Assembly: GCA_035530755.1 (NCBI GenBank)
Contig: DATKUF010000036.1
Coordinates: forward strand, 14,354 to 78,353
Length of the DNA: 64,000 bases
Source of the DNA: Spirochaetia bacterium
Lineage (GTDB): Bacteria > Spirochaetota > Spirochaetia > DSM-27196 > DATKUC01
Direction: 5' to 3'
Positions within the stretch are counted from its first letter, which is position 1; every line of letters begins with the position of its first letter. A program made the translations under genes and the position numbers. Of this stretch, positions 17,429 to 25,379 are shown piece after piece. A model generated the notes under the pieces. The model was given only the letters and a program-made list of their open reading frames with translations, ran no database searches and was not told where the DNA came from.

Positions 17429-18160
17429 ATGCTGGAGGTACGTGCCTGTTCGGCTGTATATGGCGAAACTCCGGTGTTCGACCCGCTCTCATTTTCCGTC
17501 GCACCAGGCGAGACTCTCGCCGTGGTCGGGCCGTCGGGTTGCGGAAAATCCACGCTGCTTTCAGTAATCGCGGGCCTCAAAACTCCGGCCGGAGGAGAGT
17601 CTCTACTCAATGGAGCTCGAGTTTCCGCGGGTGACGCTTCGCTGATATTGCAGCAGTACGGCCTGTTTCCCTGGTTCACGGTCATGGAAAACGTGGAGCT
17701 TGGCCTGCGTATACGCCGCATTCCGCGTTCCGAACGGCGCGCAAGGGTACGCGCGGAGCTTGGCAACGTTCACCTGACAGGCCTCGAGCATCGTTTTCCG
17801 GCCGCACTCTCAGGTGGGCAGCAGCAGCGAGTGGCCATCGCAAGGGCGCTCGTTCTCGACCCCGCAGTCCTGCTGATGGACGAGCCGTTCTCGTCCCTTG
17901 ATGCACTCACCCGCGAGCGGCTGCAGGAGCTGCTCCTGGAGGTGCTGCGGGTCCGACAAATCCCGTCCATCATCGTGACGCACAGCATCGAAGAGGCGGC
18001 CTACCTGGGTTCATCGATTGCGGTGATGGCGGGGCGTCCGGCACAGCTGCGCATGATCGAGAACCCGGGTCAGGGGGCGGAAGCGTATCGCCTGAATCCC
18101 CGATACTTCGAAACATGTCGCACAGTTCGCGCGACGCTGGAACGGGAGATCGCGCGGTGA
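17429..18160 (+). CDS. ABC transporter ATP-binding protein, NitT/TauT (nitrate/sulfonate/ThiZ-like) family
   Basis: Walker A GPSGCGKSTLL, signature LSGGQQQRVAIARAL, Walker B LLMDEPFSSLD, H-loop IVTHSIEEA. Confidence 0.9.
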   Translation: MLEVRACSAVYGETPVFDPLSFSVAPGETLAVVGPSGCGKSTLLSVIAGLKTPAGGESLLNGARVSAGDASLILQQYGLFPWFTVMENVELGLRIRRIPRSERRARVRAELGNVHLTGLEHRFPAALSGGQQQRVAIARALVLDPAVLLMDEPFSSLDALTRERLQELLLEVLRVRQIPSIIVTHSIEEAAYLGSSIAVMAGRPAQLRMIENPGQGAEAYRLNPRYFETCRTVRATLEREIAR

Positions 18161-18909
18161 AAGGGTGGAGGCGTCGCGCGTTCCGGGCTGCGAGCGCGGT
18201 TCTGGTTATCACTGCTTTATGGGCCACAGCGACACAGCTTCTCGGGAATCGAATAGTGCCCTATCCCTGGGCAGTTTTCGAACGGTTTCTGGCGCTGCTT
18301 CCCGATCCACTGCTCACGCATATGCTGGCGAGCCTCGCGCGCGTGACGGCCGCCCTTGCCGTGAGCTTCGCGGTCGCGCTCCCGCTTGGAGTTGCAATGG
18401 GAAGGATCAAAGCTTTTGACTGGTTGCTCTCACCCGCTTCCTACCTCATGTTCCCCGTCCCGAAGATAGCGCTTCTTCCGGTCGTGCTCCTCGTCTTCGG
18501 ACTGGGAAACGTGGCCAAGGTATTTCTGGTTACGCTGGTGCTCTTCTTCCAGATTCTCACCGCCGTCCGTGACGGGGCCCGCAATATCGATCGGCGCTAC
18601 CTCCTATCTTTCCGGTCGCTCGGTGGATCCCGGCTCCAGTCGGTGCGCTACGTCATATTGCCGGCGCTTCTGCCGAATCTTTTCACCGCATTGCGCGTGG
18701 GTTCGGGGACCGCGCTGGCCGTCCTTTTCTTTGCCGAAACTTTTTTCACCCGCTTTGGTCTCGGGTACATGATCATGGACGCCTGGACTCGCGTCGCCTA
18801 TCTCGACATGTACGTCGGCATCCTGGGATTGAGCCTGCTCGGACTTGCGCTTTTTGCGGCAATAGACCTCGCCGAGCGGCTTCTCTGTCCATGGGCGCGT
18901 CGGGATTGA
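18157..18909 (+). CDS. ABC transporter permease, NitT/TauT (ThiX-like) family
   Basis: Start moved to GTG 18157, which overlaps the ATPase TGA (GTGA). There are six predicted TM helices and an EAA-like loop (SFRSLGGSRLQSVRYVILPALLP). Confidence 0.85.
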   Translation: MKGWRRRAFRAASAVLVITALWATATQLLGNRIVPYPWAVFERFLALLPDPLLTHMLASLARVTAALAVSFAVALPLGVAMGRIKAFDWLLSPASYLMFPVPKIALLPVVLLVFGLGNVAKVFLVTLVLFFQILTAVRDGARNIDRRYLLSFRSLGGSRLQSVRYVILPALLPNLFTALRVGSGTALAVLFFAETFFTRFGLGYMIMDAWTRVAYLDMYVGILGLSLLGLALFAAIDLAERLLCPWARRD

Positions 18910-18943
18910 AGGCCGGACTCCTTCTTCACCCCAGCACCCGTTC

Positions 18944-20077
18944 TTACGGGTTCACGCGGTCGAGTTTTTCGATGGCTGTCACCGCCGCCGGGTCCGGAGG
19001 CCAGTACTCGCCTGAGGGGACCGCCGTGGGGAAAGCTGCTCTTTTGTATTCTGTGTTAGTGATCTCGAATTTCCCTTCGAGTCCGTCCGTGTAGTACACC
19101 TTGTTATCATCCGTGACGAAGATTGCATCGACTCCTTTGAGCATCCGAATGAGCGCGGCGCCCTTATCCAGCCCCATCACGAATATCGAGGTGGACAGAC
19201 CGTCGCAGATCATCGAGACTCCGCTGTAGATAGTCGTGCTCGTAAGGTGCTGCTGAACCGGGTAGCCGGTCTTCGGATCGATGATGTGGTGGTACATCGT
19301 GCCATTCTTGATGAAGTAGCGTTCGTACGGACCGGAAGTCACCACCGACATGTCGGCAGTGCTCACGATTCCGAGGAACGACCCACGGGTCTGAAACGGC
19401 GTCTGTATCCCGATCCTCCAATTTGCTCCGTCCGGTTTGGATCCGAGCACAAGGATGTTTCCACCGAAGTCCAGGATTGCGTGCTTTACCCCGCCCTCTG
19501 CGAGGATACGCTCCGCCTCGTCGGCCGCATAGCCCTTCGCGATTCCGCCCAGATCGATTCCCATCCCCTTCTTCTCGAGATAGACGGAATTATCCGAGTC
19601 GTTGAGTTTGATCCATCTCCAATTGACCAGCGGAAGCAGAGCCTTGATCTCATCGGGCGACGGAAGCCGTTCGTGGTCCGTTCCTATTCCCCAGAGTTTG
19701 ACTATGGGGCCGACGGTTATGTCGAAGGCGCCGTTGGTAAGCCGGCTGAAGTCCAGTGACGTTTTGATTACGCCGTAGACGTCCGGTGTTACAGGAACCG
19801 GTCTGATGCCCGCCTCCTGATTTATCTTGTCGACCTCGCTTTCGGTACCCTCGGTGGTCATTCTGTTGTGAATGTCGCGCACTCGTGCAAATGCCCGGTC
19901 GAGAACTGCAGAGTTCACCCGGTCATAAACGGTCATCGTAATTGTGGTTCCGAGCAGCAATTCGGTTCGGGATATCGGTTTCGCCGGTCCTCCGGCGCAG
20001 GCTGTCAGCGTGAGCGCCGTCAATCCGAAGAGCATTAAGACTCCCGTGGATATCCGGCCGGTTGTTGATCTGTTCAT
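18944..20077 (-). CDS. apbE: FAD:protein FMN transferase ApbE, lipoprotein
   Basis: Signal plus lipobox (VLMLFGLTALTLTACAGG). ApbE core: GIDLGGIAKGYAADEA, TSGPYERYF, YHHIIDPKTGYP, CDGLSTSIFVMG. There is a ~50-aa C-terminal extension. Confidence 0.9.
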   Translation of the reverse strand: MNRSTTGRISTGVLMLFGLTALTLTACAGGPAKPISRTELLLGTTITMTVYDRVNSAVLDRAFARVRDIHNRMTTEGTESEVDKINQEAGIRPVPVTPDVYGVIKTSLDFSRLTNGAFDITVGPIVKLWGIGTDHERLPSPDEIKALLPLVNWRWIKLNDSDNSVYLEKKGMGIDLGGIAKGYAADEAERILAEGGVKHAILDFGGNILVLGSKPDGANWRIGIQTPFQTRGSFLGIVSTADMSVVTSGPYERYFIKNGTMYHHIIDPKTGYPVQQHLTSTTIYSGVSMICDGLSTSIFVMGLDKGAALIRMLKGVDAIFVTDDNKVYYTDGLEGKFEITNTEYKRAAFPTAVPSGEYWPPDPAAVTAIEKLDRVNP

Positions 20078-20254
20078 GATGAAATCAATAGTACCATAAT
20101 TATCGAATTCGGGTCAATGTATTACTCTTTTGGACGTAAAATAGGGATTAGTTGCTTTACATTATTCGATAAATGTTGTACGATAATTTTCAACCCAGAC
20201 AGAACCAATCTTTGGCCTTCCTTTGGCAGCCCAAAGTTTGCGGAGGACCGTTGT

Positions 20255-22453
20255 ATGGCAGAGAAAACACGTATTTCTATCCTTGGTGCCGGCTACGCCG
20301 GAATTGCTGCAGCGAAGTTGCTCTACAAAAGGTACAAGAAGAAACAGGATGTAGAGATAACCGTAATCGATCGCAACCCGTACCACACTTTGATGACTGA
20401 GTTGCATGAAATTGCCGGGTCCCGCACCGAACCGGGAGCTGTACAGGTGAGCCTTGCAAAGATATTCGGCGGGACAAGCGTCAACGTAGTCATCGATGAA
20501 ATCCAGACTATCGACTTCGAAAATAACCGACTGGTGTCAAAGATCGCCGAATATCCCTACGACCACCTCATAATTGGTGCGGGAGCCGAACCGGAATTCT
20601 TCGGAACACCGGGCGTGCAGGAGCACTCCTTCACCTGCTGGTCGCTCGAAGACGCCATCCGCATCCGCACTCACGTTGAAGACATGTTTCGGGCCGCAGC
20701 GAAGGAACCCGACGAAGCGCAGCGCCGGGAACAGCTGACCTTCGTCATAGCTGGGGCGGGTTTCACCGGAATTGAGCTTGCGGGAGAGCTTCTGGAGCGG
20801 CGCGATGTGCTTTGCACGCAGTACCACATCAATCCCGATGAGGTTCGGGTCATTATCGTGGAGATGAAGGATACGATTCTCCCCATCCTGCCCCCTTGGC
20901 CGGTCAAAAAGGCGGCAAAGTACCTGGCAAAACGTGGAGCCGAGGTGATGCTCAACGCGCCGGTCGCCGAGGCAGCTCCGGGCCGGGTCAAAGTCGGCGG
21001 CGATCACGACGTCGAGATACGAACCCAGACATTCATCTGGACCTGCGGAGTGCATGGGTCCGAATTCACCTCAAAAATCGTCCTCACGAAAGGAAGCTGC
21101 TCACCCGATCACAATGCGGTGGCCTCCATCGAAGGCATCCACGGAATGGCCGGTTGTCATTTCGACGACGACGAACGCTACATCGTGGGAGAACGCGGAC
21201 GCATTCTCGTCAACAAATACTCCCAGTCGGTAGACTTCAAGAATGTCTACCTCGTCGGCGATGTCATGTGGTATGTCATCAACGGAAAAGTCGTGCCTCA
21301 GATCGTAGAGACCGCACTGCAGTCGGGCGACGTAGCCGCCAGAAACATCGTATCCGATATCGAAGGCGGCGAAAAAGAGGAATTCCAGCCAAGGTACCAC
21401 GGGTTTATGGTATCAATCGGCGGCAGGTACGGTGTGGCTCACGGAATGGGGATGTCCTTCTCGGGTTTCATGGCGATGGGCGCGAAACATCTCATCAACA
21501 TGCACTATCTGCTTGGACTCACCGGTATCAACGCTGTGTGGGAGTACATGCAGCACGAGTTTTTCACCATAAAGGACCATCGTTCCTTCATCGGCGGACA
21601 TCTTGCGTGGAAAGTTCCTTCCTACTGGACCTTCCCCTTGCGCCTCTGGCTTGGCGGGAAATGGCTGTACGAAGGCATTAAAAAGATAACGGAAGGCTGG
21701 CTCAACCCGGGTAAAGAGGGGTTGTCCAACGTCTGGACCGGAGCCATCAAGATGCCGGGCGTTCACTTCGCAGCCCCCGTGGCCAACGCCGCAGGGCAGG
21801 CGGCCGGGCACGCCGCCGAAGCAACCTCTGCCGCAACAGCGGTTGCGCAGGCTGCCCCCGCGGCGGCGCAGGCGGCAGCCGACGCGACCTCCGCAGCAAC
21901 CGGAGCCGTCGCCCAGGCTGCGACCGCAGCAGCCCAGACGGCGGCAGACGCGACGTCAGCTGCAACCGGCGCAGTCGCCCAGGCAGCTACCGGAGCGGCG
22001 CAGCACGTAGCAGCCGCAGCGAGTCAGTACGGGCAGCCGCTCAGCGGGCCGTGGGGCATCTACACCTGGTTCGCCCAGAACGTCCTGAGCGCGTCACCGC
22101 TGCTTTCGTTTCTGCTCCAGACCCTGGTGGTAATCATCGAGGTCGGCATCGGACTCGCTTTCGTGGGCGGCGCTTTCACATGGCTTGCGGCCCTCGTTTC
22201 GATCCTGCTCGGCCTGATGTTCATCGCCTCCGGATGGGGGAGCAACGAGATTCTCTGGTACATGTTTGCTGCTCTTGTCATGTTCGGCGGTGCCGGCCGC
22301 GGCCTCGGTCTCGATCACTGGATCATGCCGTGGCTCAAGGATCGCTGGAACGGTACGGGATTTGCAAAGCGCACGTTCCTCTACACCGACGAACCGCGCG
22401 ATCGCTGGTCCCGGAAAGGTCGCCCTGCGAAAGAGCTCGCGGGAAAAAAATAG
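20255..22453 (+). CDS. Type II NADH:quinone oxidoreductase (NDH-2) fused to a C-terminal DoxX/DoxD-like membrane domain interrupted by an Ala-rich tandem repeat
   Basis: Start moved to ATG 20255, after a GGAGGA Shine-Dalgarno sequence. Two Rossmann motifs (ISILGAGYAGIAA, FVIAGAGFTGIELAGEL) and YLVGDV. The C-terminus has DoxX-like helices (TFPLRLWLGGKWLYEGIKKI ... LQTLVVIIEVGIGLAFVGGAFTWLAALVSILLGLMFIASGWG). Confidence 0.85.
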   Translation: MAEKTRISILGAGYAGIAAAKLLYKRYKKKQDVEITVIDRNPYHTLMTELHEIAGSRTEPGAVQVSLAKIFGGTSVNVVIDEIQTIDFENNRLVSKIAEYPYDHLIIGAGAEPEFFGTPGVQEHSFTCWSLEDAIRIRTHVEDMFRAAAKEPDEAQRREQLTFVIAGAGFTGIELAGELLERRDVLCTQYHINPDEVRVIIVEMKDTILPILPPWPVKKAAKYLAKRGAEVMLNAPVAEAAPGRVKVGGDHDVEIRTQTFIWTCGVHGSEFTSKIVLTKGSCSPDHNAVASIEGIHGMAGCHFDDDERYIVGERGRILVNKYSQSVDFKNVYLVGDVMWYVINGKVVPQIVETALQSGDVAARNIVSDIEGGEKEEFQPRYHGFMVSIGGRYGVAHGMGMSFSGFMAMGAKHLINMHYLLGLTGINAVWEYMQHEFFTIKDHRSFIGGHLAWKVPSYWTFPLRLWLGGKWLYEGIKKITEGWLNPGKEGLSNVWTGAIKMPGVHFAAPVANAAGQAAGHAAEATSAATAVAQAAPAAAQAAADATSAATGAVAQAATAAAQTAADATSAATGAVAQAATGAAQHVAAAASQYGQPLSGPWGIYTWFAQNVLSASPLLSFLLQTLVVIIEVGIGLAFVGGAFTWLAALVSILLGLMFIASGWGSNEILWYMFAALVMFGGAGRGLGLDHWIMPWLKDRWNGTGFAKRTFLYTDEPRDRWSRKGRPAKELAGKK
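21812..22006 (+). repeat. In-frame tandem repeat (63+66+66 nt) encoding an Ala-rich 21/22-aa unit inside the NDH-2 fusion gene
   Basis: Codon-by-codon reading gives three units: AAEATSAATAVAQAAPAAAQA (21812-21874), AADATSAATGAVAQAATAAAQT (21875-21940) and AADATSAATGAVAQAATGAAQH (21941-22006). Confidence 0.9.
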
Positions 22454-22519
22454 GCGCGACTCACATCGCATTGTAGAACGTCCCGAATATCTGTACATTA
22501 CACACTGACTGGCGTGTGG

Positions 22520-22550
22520 AGCGGCTGGCAACGTCCAGCCGCTTCTCGTT
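22520..22550 (+). terminator. Candidate intrinsic terminator after the NDH-2 fusion gene
   Basis: AGCGGCTGG (22520-22528), loop CAACGT, then CCAGCCGCT (22535-22543) forms a 9-bp GC-rich stem. It is followed by TCTCGTT. The T-tract is weak. Confidence 0.35.
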
Positions 22551-22577
22551 CCCGGTCGAATCGATGCAGGAAAGAGT

Positions 22578-23723
22578 ATGACACGATTCTGGGACGACTT
22601 CCCGACAATAAAATATGACCTGGAACTCGTACAGGAAGTGATCCTCGAGAGTGTCCGCAGTCGCAGCAGGACGATAACCGAGGCGCTCTCGAACCTGGCG
22701 AATCGTAACGGGAAACTGCTTCGGCCCGGTTTTGTGGTTCTGAGTGCGCGAATCAGGGGCGATGCAGAAACGAACAGGTCCGGGCGCGATGAGCCGGGTG
22801 TGGACTCCGGGGGACCCGGACCTAACCATAAGCCCGCGCTCGGTGAAATCGGTTCGGCAGACAAGAATGGAAGCCTGCGCGTCGAGCTCGCGTTCGCCGA
22901 CGTGCGGGAAAGAGATCGACGACCCGAACCGAAGGCTCTTCCGCAAAACATCTATCGTGTCGCCGCCGCGATCGAGCTGCTCCACCTGGCGACGCTCATC
23001 CACGATGACGTTATCGATGAAGCCGATGTTCGACGTGGACAGCCGACGCTTCACCGTGAGTACGGCACGAAAGAGGCCATTCTCATGGGCGACTTTCTCT
23101 TCAGTCGCTGCTACCGCATTCTTGCCGACAATGCCAGCCTTGAGAACGCGAAACGGCTGGCGATTGTGGTTAGTCAGATCGTCACCGGGGAGATCGAGCA
23201 GTCGGTGCATGGCCCGGAAACCCAATCCACGCCTCGCGCCTATCTGAGACGGGTTGTCGGAAAGACGGCTACTCTGGTGGCCGACAGTTTCTATCTCGGC
23301 GCTTCCGAAGCCGGGATCGGCCTTGCGCAAACGCTTCTACTGCGGCGTATCGGCTACAGTATTGGAATGGCCTTCCAGATCATCGACGACATTCTCGATT
23401 TTACCGGGCGCGCCGACCTGCTCGGCAAAGCACCGGGATCGGACCTTCGCCAGGGCGTCGTGACCTTGCCGCTTATTTATGCGATGAGAGAAGAGGCCGG
23501 GGAGATGATTCGTCGTCGGGTGATGCATCCTGAGAGTCTGACCGACGCCGAAATGACCGATGTCATAGCGCAGATCGACCGATGCGGTGGGTTCGCGATG
23601 GCTCGTGAGAAGGCCGATCTGTTCACCCGGCGCGCACTGCGCCAGATTGCAGTCCTTCCACGGGGCGTCAATCGCGATACCCTGTCCGAAGTCACAAGCC
23701 GGCTCCTCGACCGCGGTTACTGA
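22578..23723 (+). CDS. trans-Polyprenyl diphosphate synthase (HepT/IspB-like) with an N-terminal insertion
   Basis: First DDxxD in ELLHLATLIHDDVIDEADVRRGQPT and second in MAFQIIDDILDFTG. KLLRPGFVVLSA is also present. About 55 extra residues lie between LSARI and the first Asp-rich helix. Confidence 0.9.
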   Translation: MTRFWDDFPTIKYDLELVQEVILESVRSRSRTITEALSNLANRNGKLLRPGFVVLSARIRGDAETNRSGRDEPGVDSGGPGPNHKPALGEIGSADKNGSLRVELAFADVRERDRRPEPKALPQNIYRVAAAIELLHLATLIHDDVIDEADVRRGQPTLHREYGTKEAILMGDFLFSRCYRILADNASLENAKRLAIVVSQIVTGEIEQSVHGPETQSTPRAYLRRVVGKTATLVADSFYLGASEAGIGLAQTLLLRRIGYSIGMAFQIIDDILDFTGRADLLGKAPGSDLRQGVVTLPLIYAMREEAGEMIRRRVMHPESLTDAEMTDVIAQIDRCGGFAMAREKADLFTRRALRQIAVLPRGVNRDTLSEVTSRLLDRGY

Positions 23724-23726
23724 CCG

Positions 23727-25253
23727 TCACTCCGGGTACTTTCGCCGGACATCGCGGAAGGTGTCCTGGATTCCCACGGCCAGATCTACCAGTACCGGAT
23801 CAAAGTGCTTCTCGCGTGCGGCGAGAATCTCTGAGAATGCCTGCTCGTGCAGCCACGGTTCCTTGTATGGCCGCTTGGAGGTGAGTGCATCGTAAACGTC
23901 CGCTATTGCGGTGATGCGGGCGGAGAGGGGGATTTCCGAGCCGCTGAGGCCGTGCGGATAACCGGTCCCGTCCCATCGCTCGTGGTGATGCAATGCGATG
24001 CGCGACGAAAGCGTGAGAAACGACTGCTTGCCGAGCTCCTGTTCAGCTTCATTCAGAATGTTCCATCCCCAGATGGTGTGCTTCTTCATCACTGTCCATT
24101 CCGACGGGGTGAGCGCGCCCTCCTTCAACAGAATACCGTCCGGCACTCCAACCTTGCCGATATCGTGCAGCATCGAAGAGAGGTGCATGTCGTCGATGTA
24201 CTCATCGGAGATATTGAACTTGAACGGCTGGAAGCGGTAGACCTCCGCTGCAAGCGCCGCGTTGTACTCGGAGATTCGGTGGAGGTGTTTCCCGGTCTCG
24301 AGGTCACGATATTCGGCCAAAGCCGCCAGCGATTTCATCGCGGTGGCCTGAGTCTTCTGCAGAACGGAGGTTGTCGCCTGGAGCTTCTCGTTGACCATGC
24401 GATGGTTCTCGAGCGTCTCCTGCAGGTCCTCGTTCAGCCTGACGAAATCGCTGACGTCGAAGAGCACACCGAGCGTGTTACGTCCGATGATCGTCGATGC
24501 GTTCTGGACGACCCGTGTGTCGCCTCGCCCGGTTCTGACGTGCACGTTAATTACTCCGCTCCGACCGTGCAGGATCTGCGCGATTCCCTCGGACCACTGA
24601 TCTTCGTCTGCGAAAAACTGCCCTTTCCCGTTGAGATCCTCGATTCGTTCATACCCGAAGGTGTGAAGAAACACATCATTTACCGACAGGAAATCTCCGT
24701 TCCCGTTCGTGACATACATGGGAATGCTCAGCATGTTCATGAGCCTGCCGAGCATGGCCGGAGTAAACAGATCTGCATCGTCACGGTTTCCGCGGAGGCT
24801 GCGAACCTGTCTTTGCAGCCGTCCCAGGCAGCTGATATCCTGCGCCTTCGACGCGAGAAATCCAAGCGGAAGCTGATTTTGCGCCAGAAACTTGCGCGGG
24901 GAGACGCACTTCAGAAGAATAGCGCCGGCAAGATCTCCGTTCGCCGACGCGAGTGGATAATAGAGAGTTACATCTTTCTGGTATTCGACCGGGAAAATGT
25001 TCTGGGGTATAGGCGATTTTCCGTTGAGGACTGCTGGTTCCTTAGGGAACAGCGGTACTTGCCTGGACGGAATGAGAAAGGAAAAATCTGACGCTTTGTC
25101 GCTGCCGGGATTGTCGAAGTGGACCAGACGTGTGGCACGAACGCCCGGAAACCGATCCAGCCAATCGACGAGCATCCGCATCTTGCGCCCGTTCGAGAGC
25201 TCGTTGTCCAGCTTCCGGAACAGCTCCAGTAACGGTTCGAGTACACGCGTCAT
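23727..25253 (-). CDS. HD-GYP domain cyclic-di-GMP phosphodiesterase with N-terminal sensory (PAS-like) region
   Basis: HLHRISEYNAALA, SSMLHDIGKVGVPDGILLK and ALHHHERWDGTGYPHGLSG..IPLSARITAIADVYDALTSKRPYK give the complete HD-GYP signature. Confidence 0.9.
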   Translation of the reverse strand: MTRVLEPLLELFRKLDNELSNGRKMRMLVDWLDRFPGVRATRLVHFDNPGSDKASDFSFLIPSRQVPLFPKEPAVLNGKSPIPQNIFPVEYQKDVTLYYPLASANGDLAGAILLKCVSPRKFLAQNQLPLGFLASKAQDISCLGRLQRQVRSLRGNRDDADLFTPAMLGRLMNMLSIPMYVTNGNGDFLSVNDVFLHTFGYERIEDLNGKGQFFADEDQWSEGIAQILHGRSGVINVHVRTGRGDTRVVQNASTIIGRNTLGVLFDVSDFVRLNEDLQETLENHRMVNEKLQATTSVLQKTQATAMKSLAALAEYRDLETGKHLHRISEYNAALAAEVYRFQPFKFNISDEYIDDMHLSSMLHDIGKVGVPDGILLKEGALTPSEWTVMKKHTIWGWNILNEAEQELGKQSFLTLSSRIALHHHERWDGTGYPHGLSGSEIPLSARITAIADVYDALTSKRPYKEPWLHEQAFSEILAAREKHFDPVLVDLAVGIQDTFRDVRRKYPE

Positions 25254-25379
25254 GAAAATGGACCCCTCTCATTTCCACTTATCGGCGCGCCTCATCCCAT
25301 ACTTGCGAGAAAACTGGCGAGGTCTTACGAAGTTTCCCGCACGCTCGTACCACACGACTTTTTCAGCGGTGTTGCGAGC

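Noticed and set aside
21771-22025. A regular repeat pattern that at first glance could be a small CRISPR-like or VNTR intergenic array.
   Set aside because: It is in frame inside a long ORF, there are no unique spacers between units, and it encodes a coherent Ala-rich peptide repeat. It is reported as a coding tandem repeat instead.
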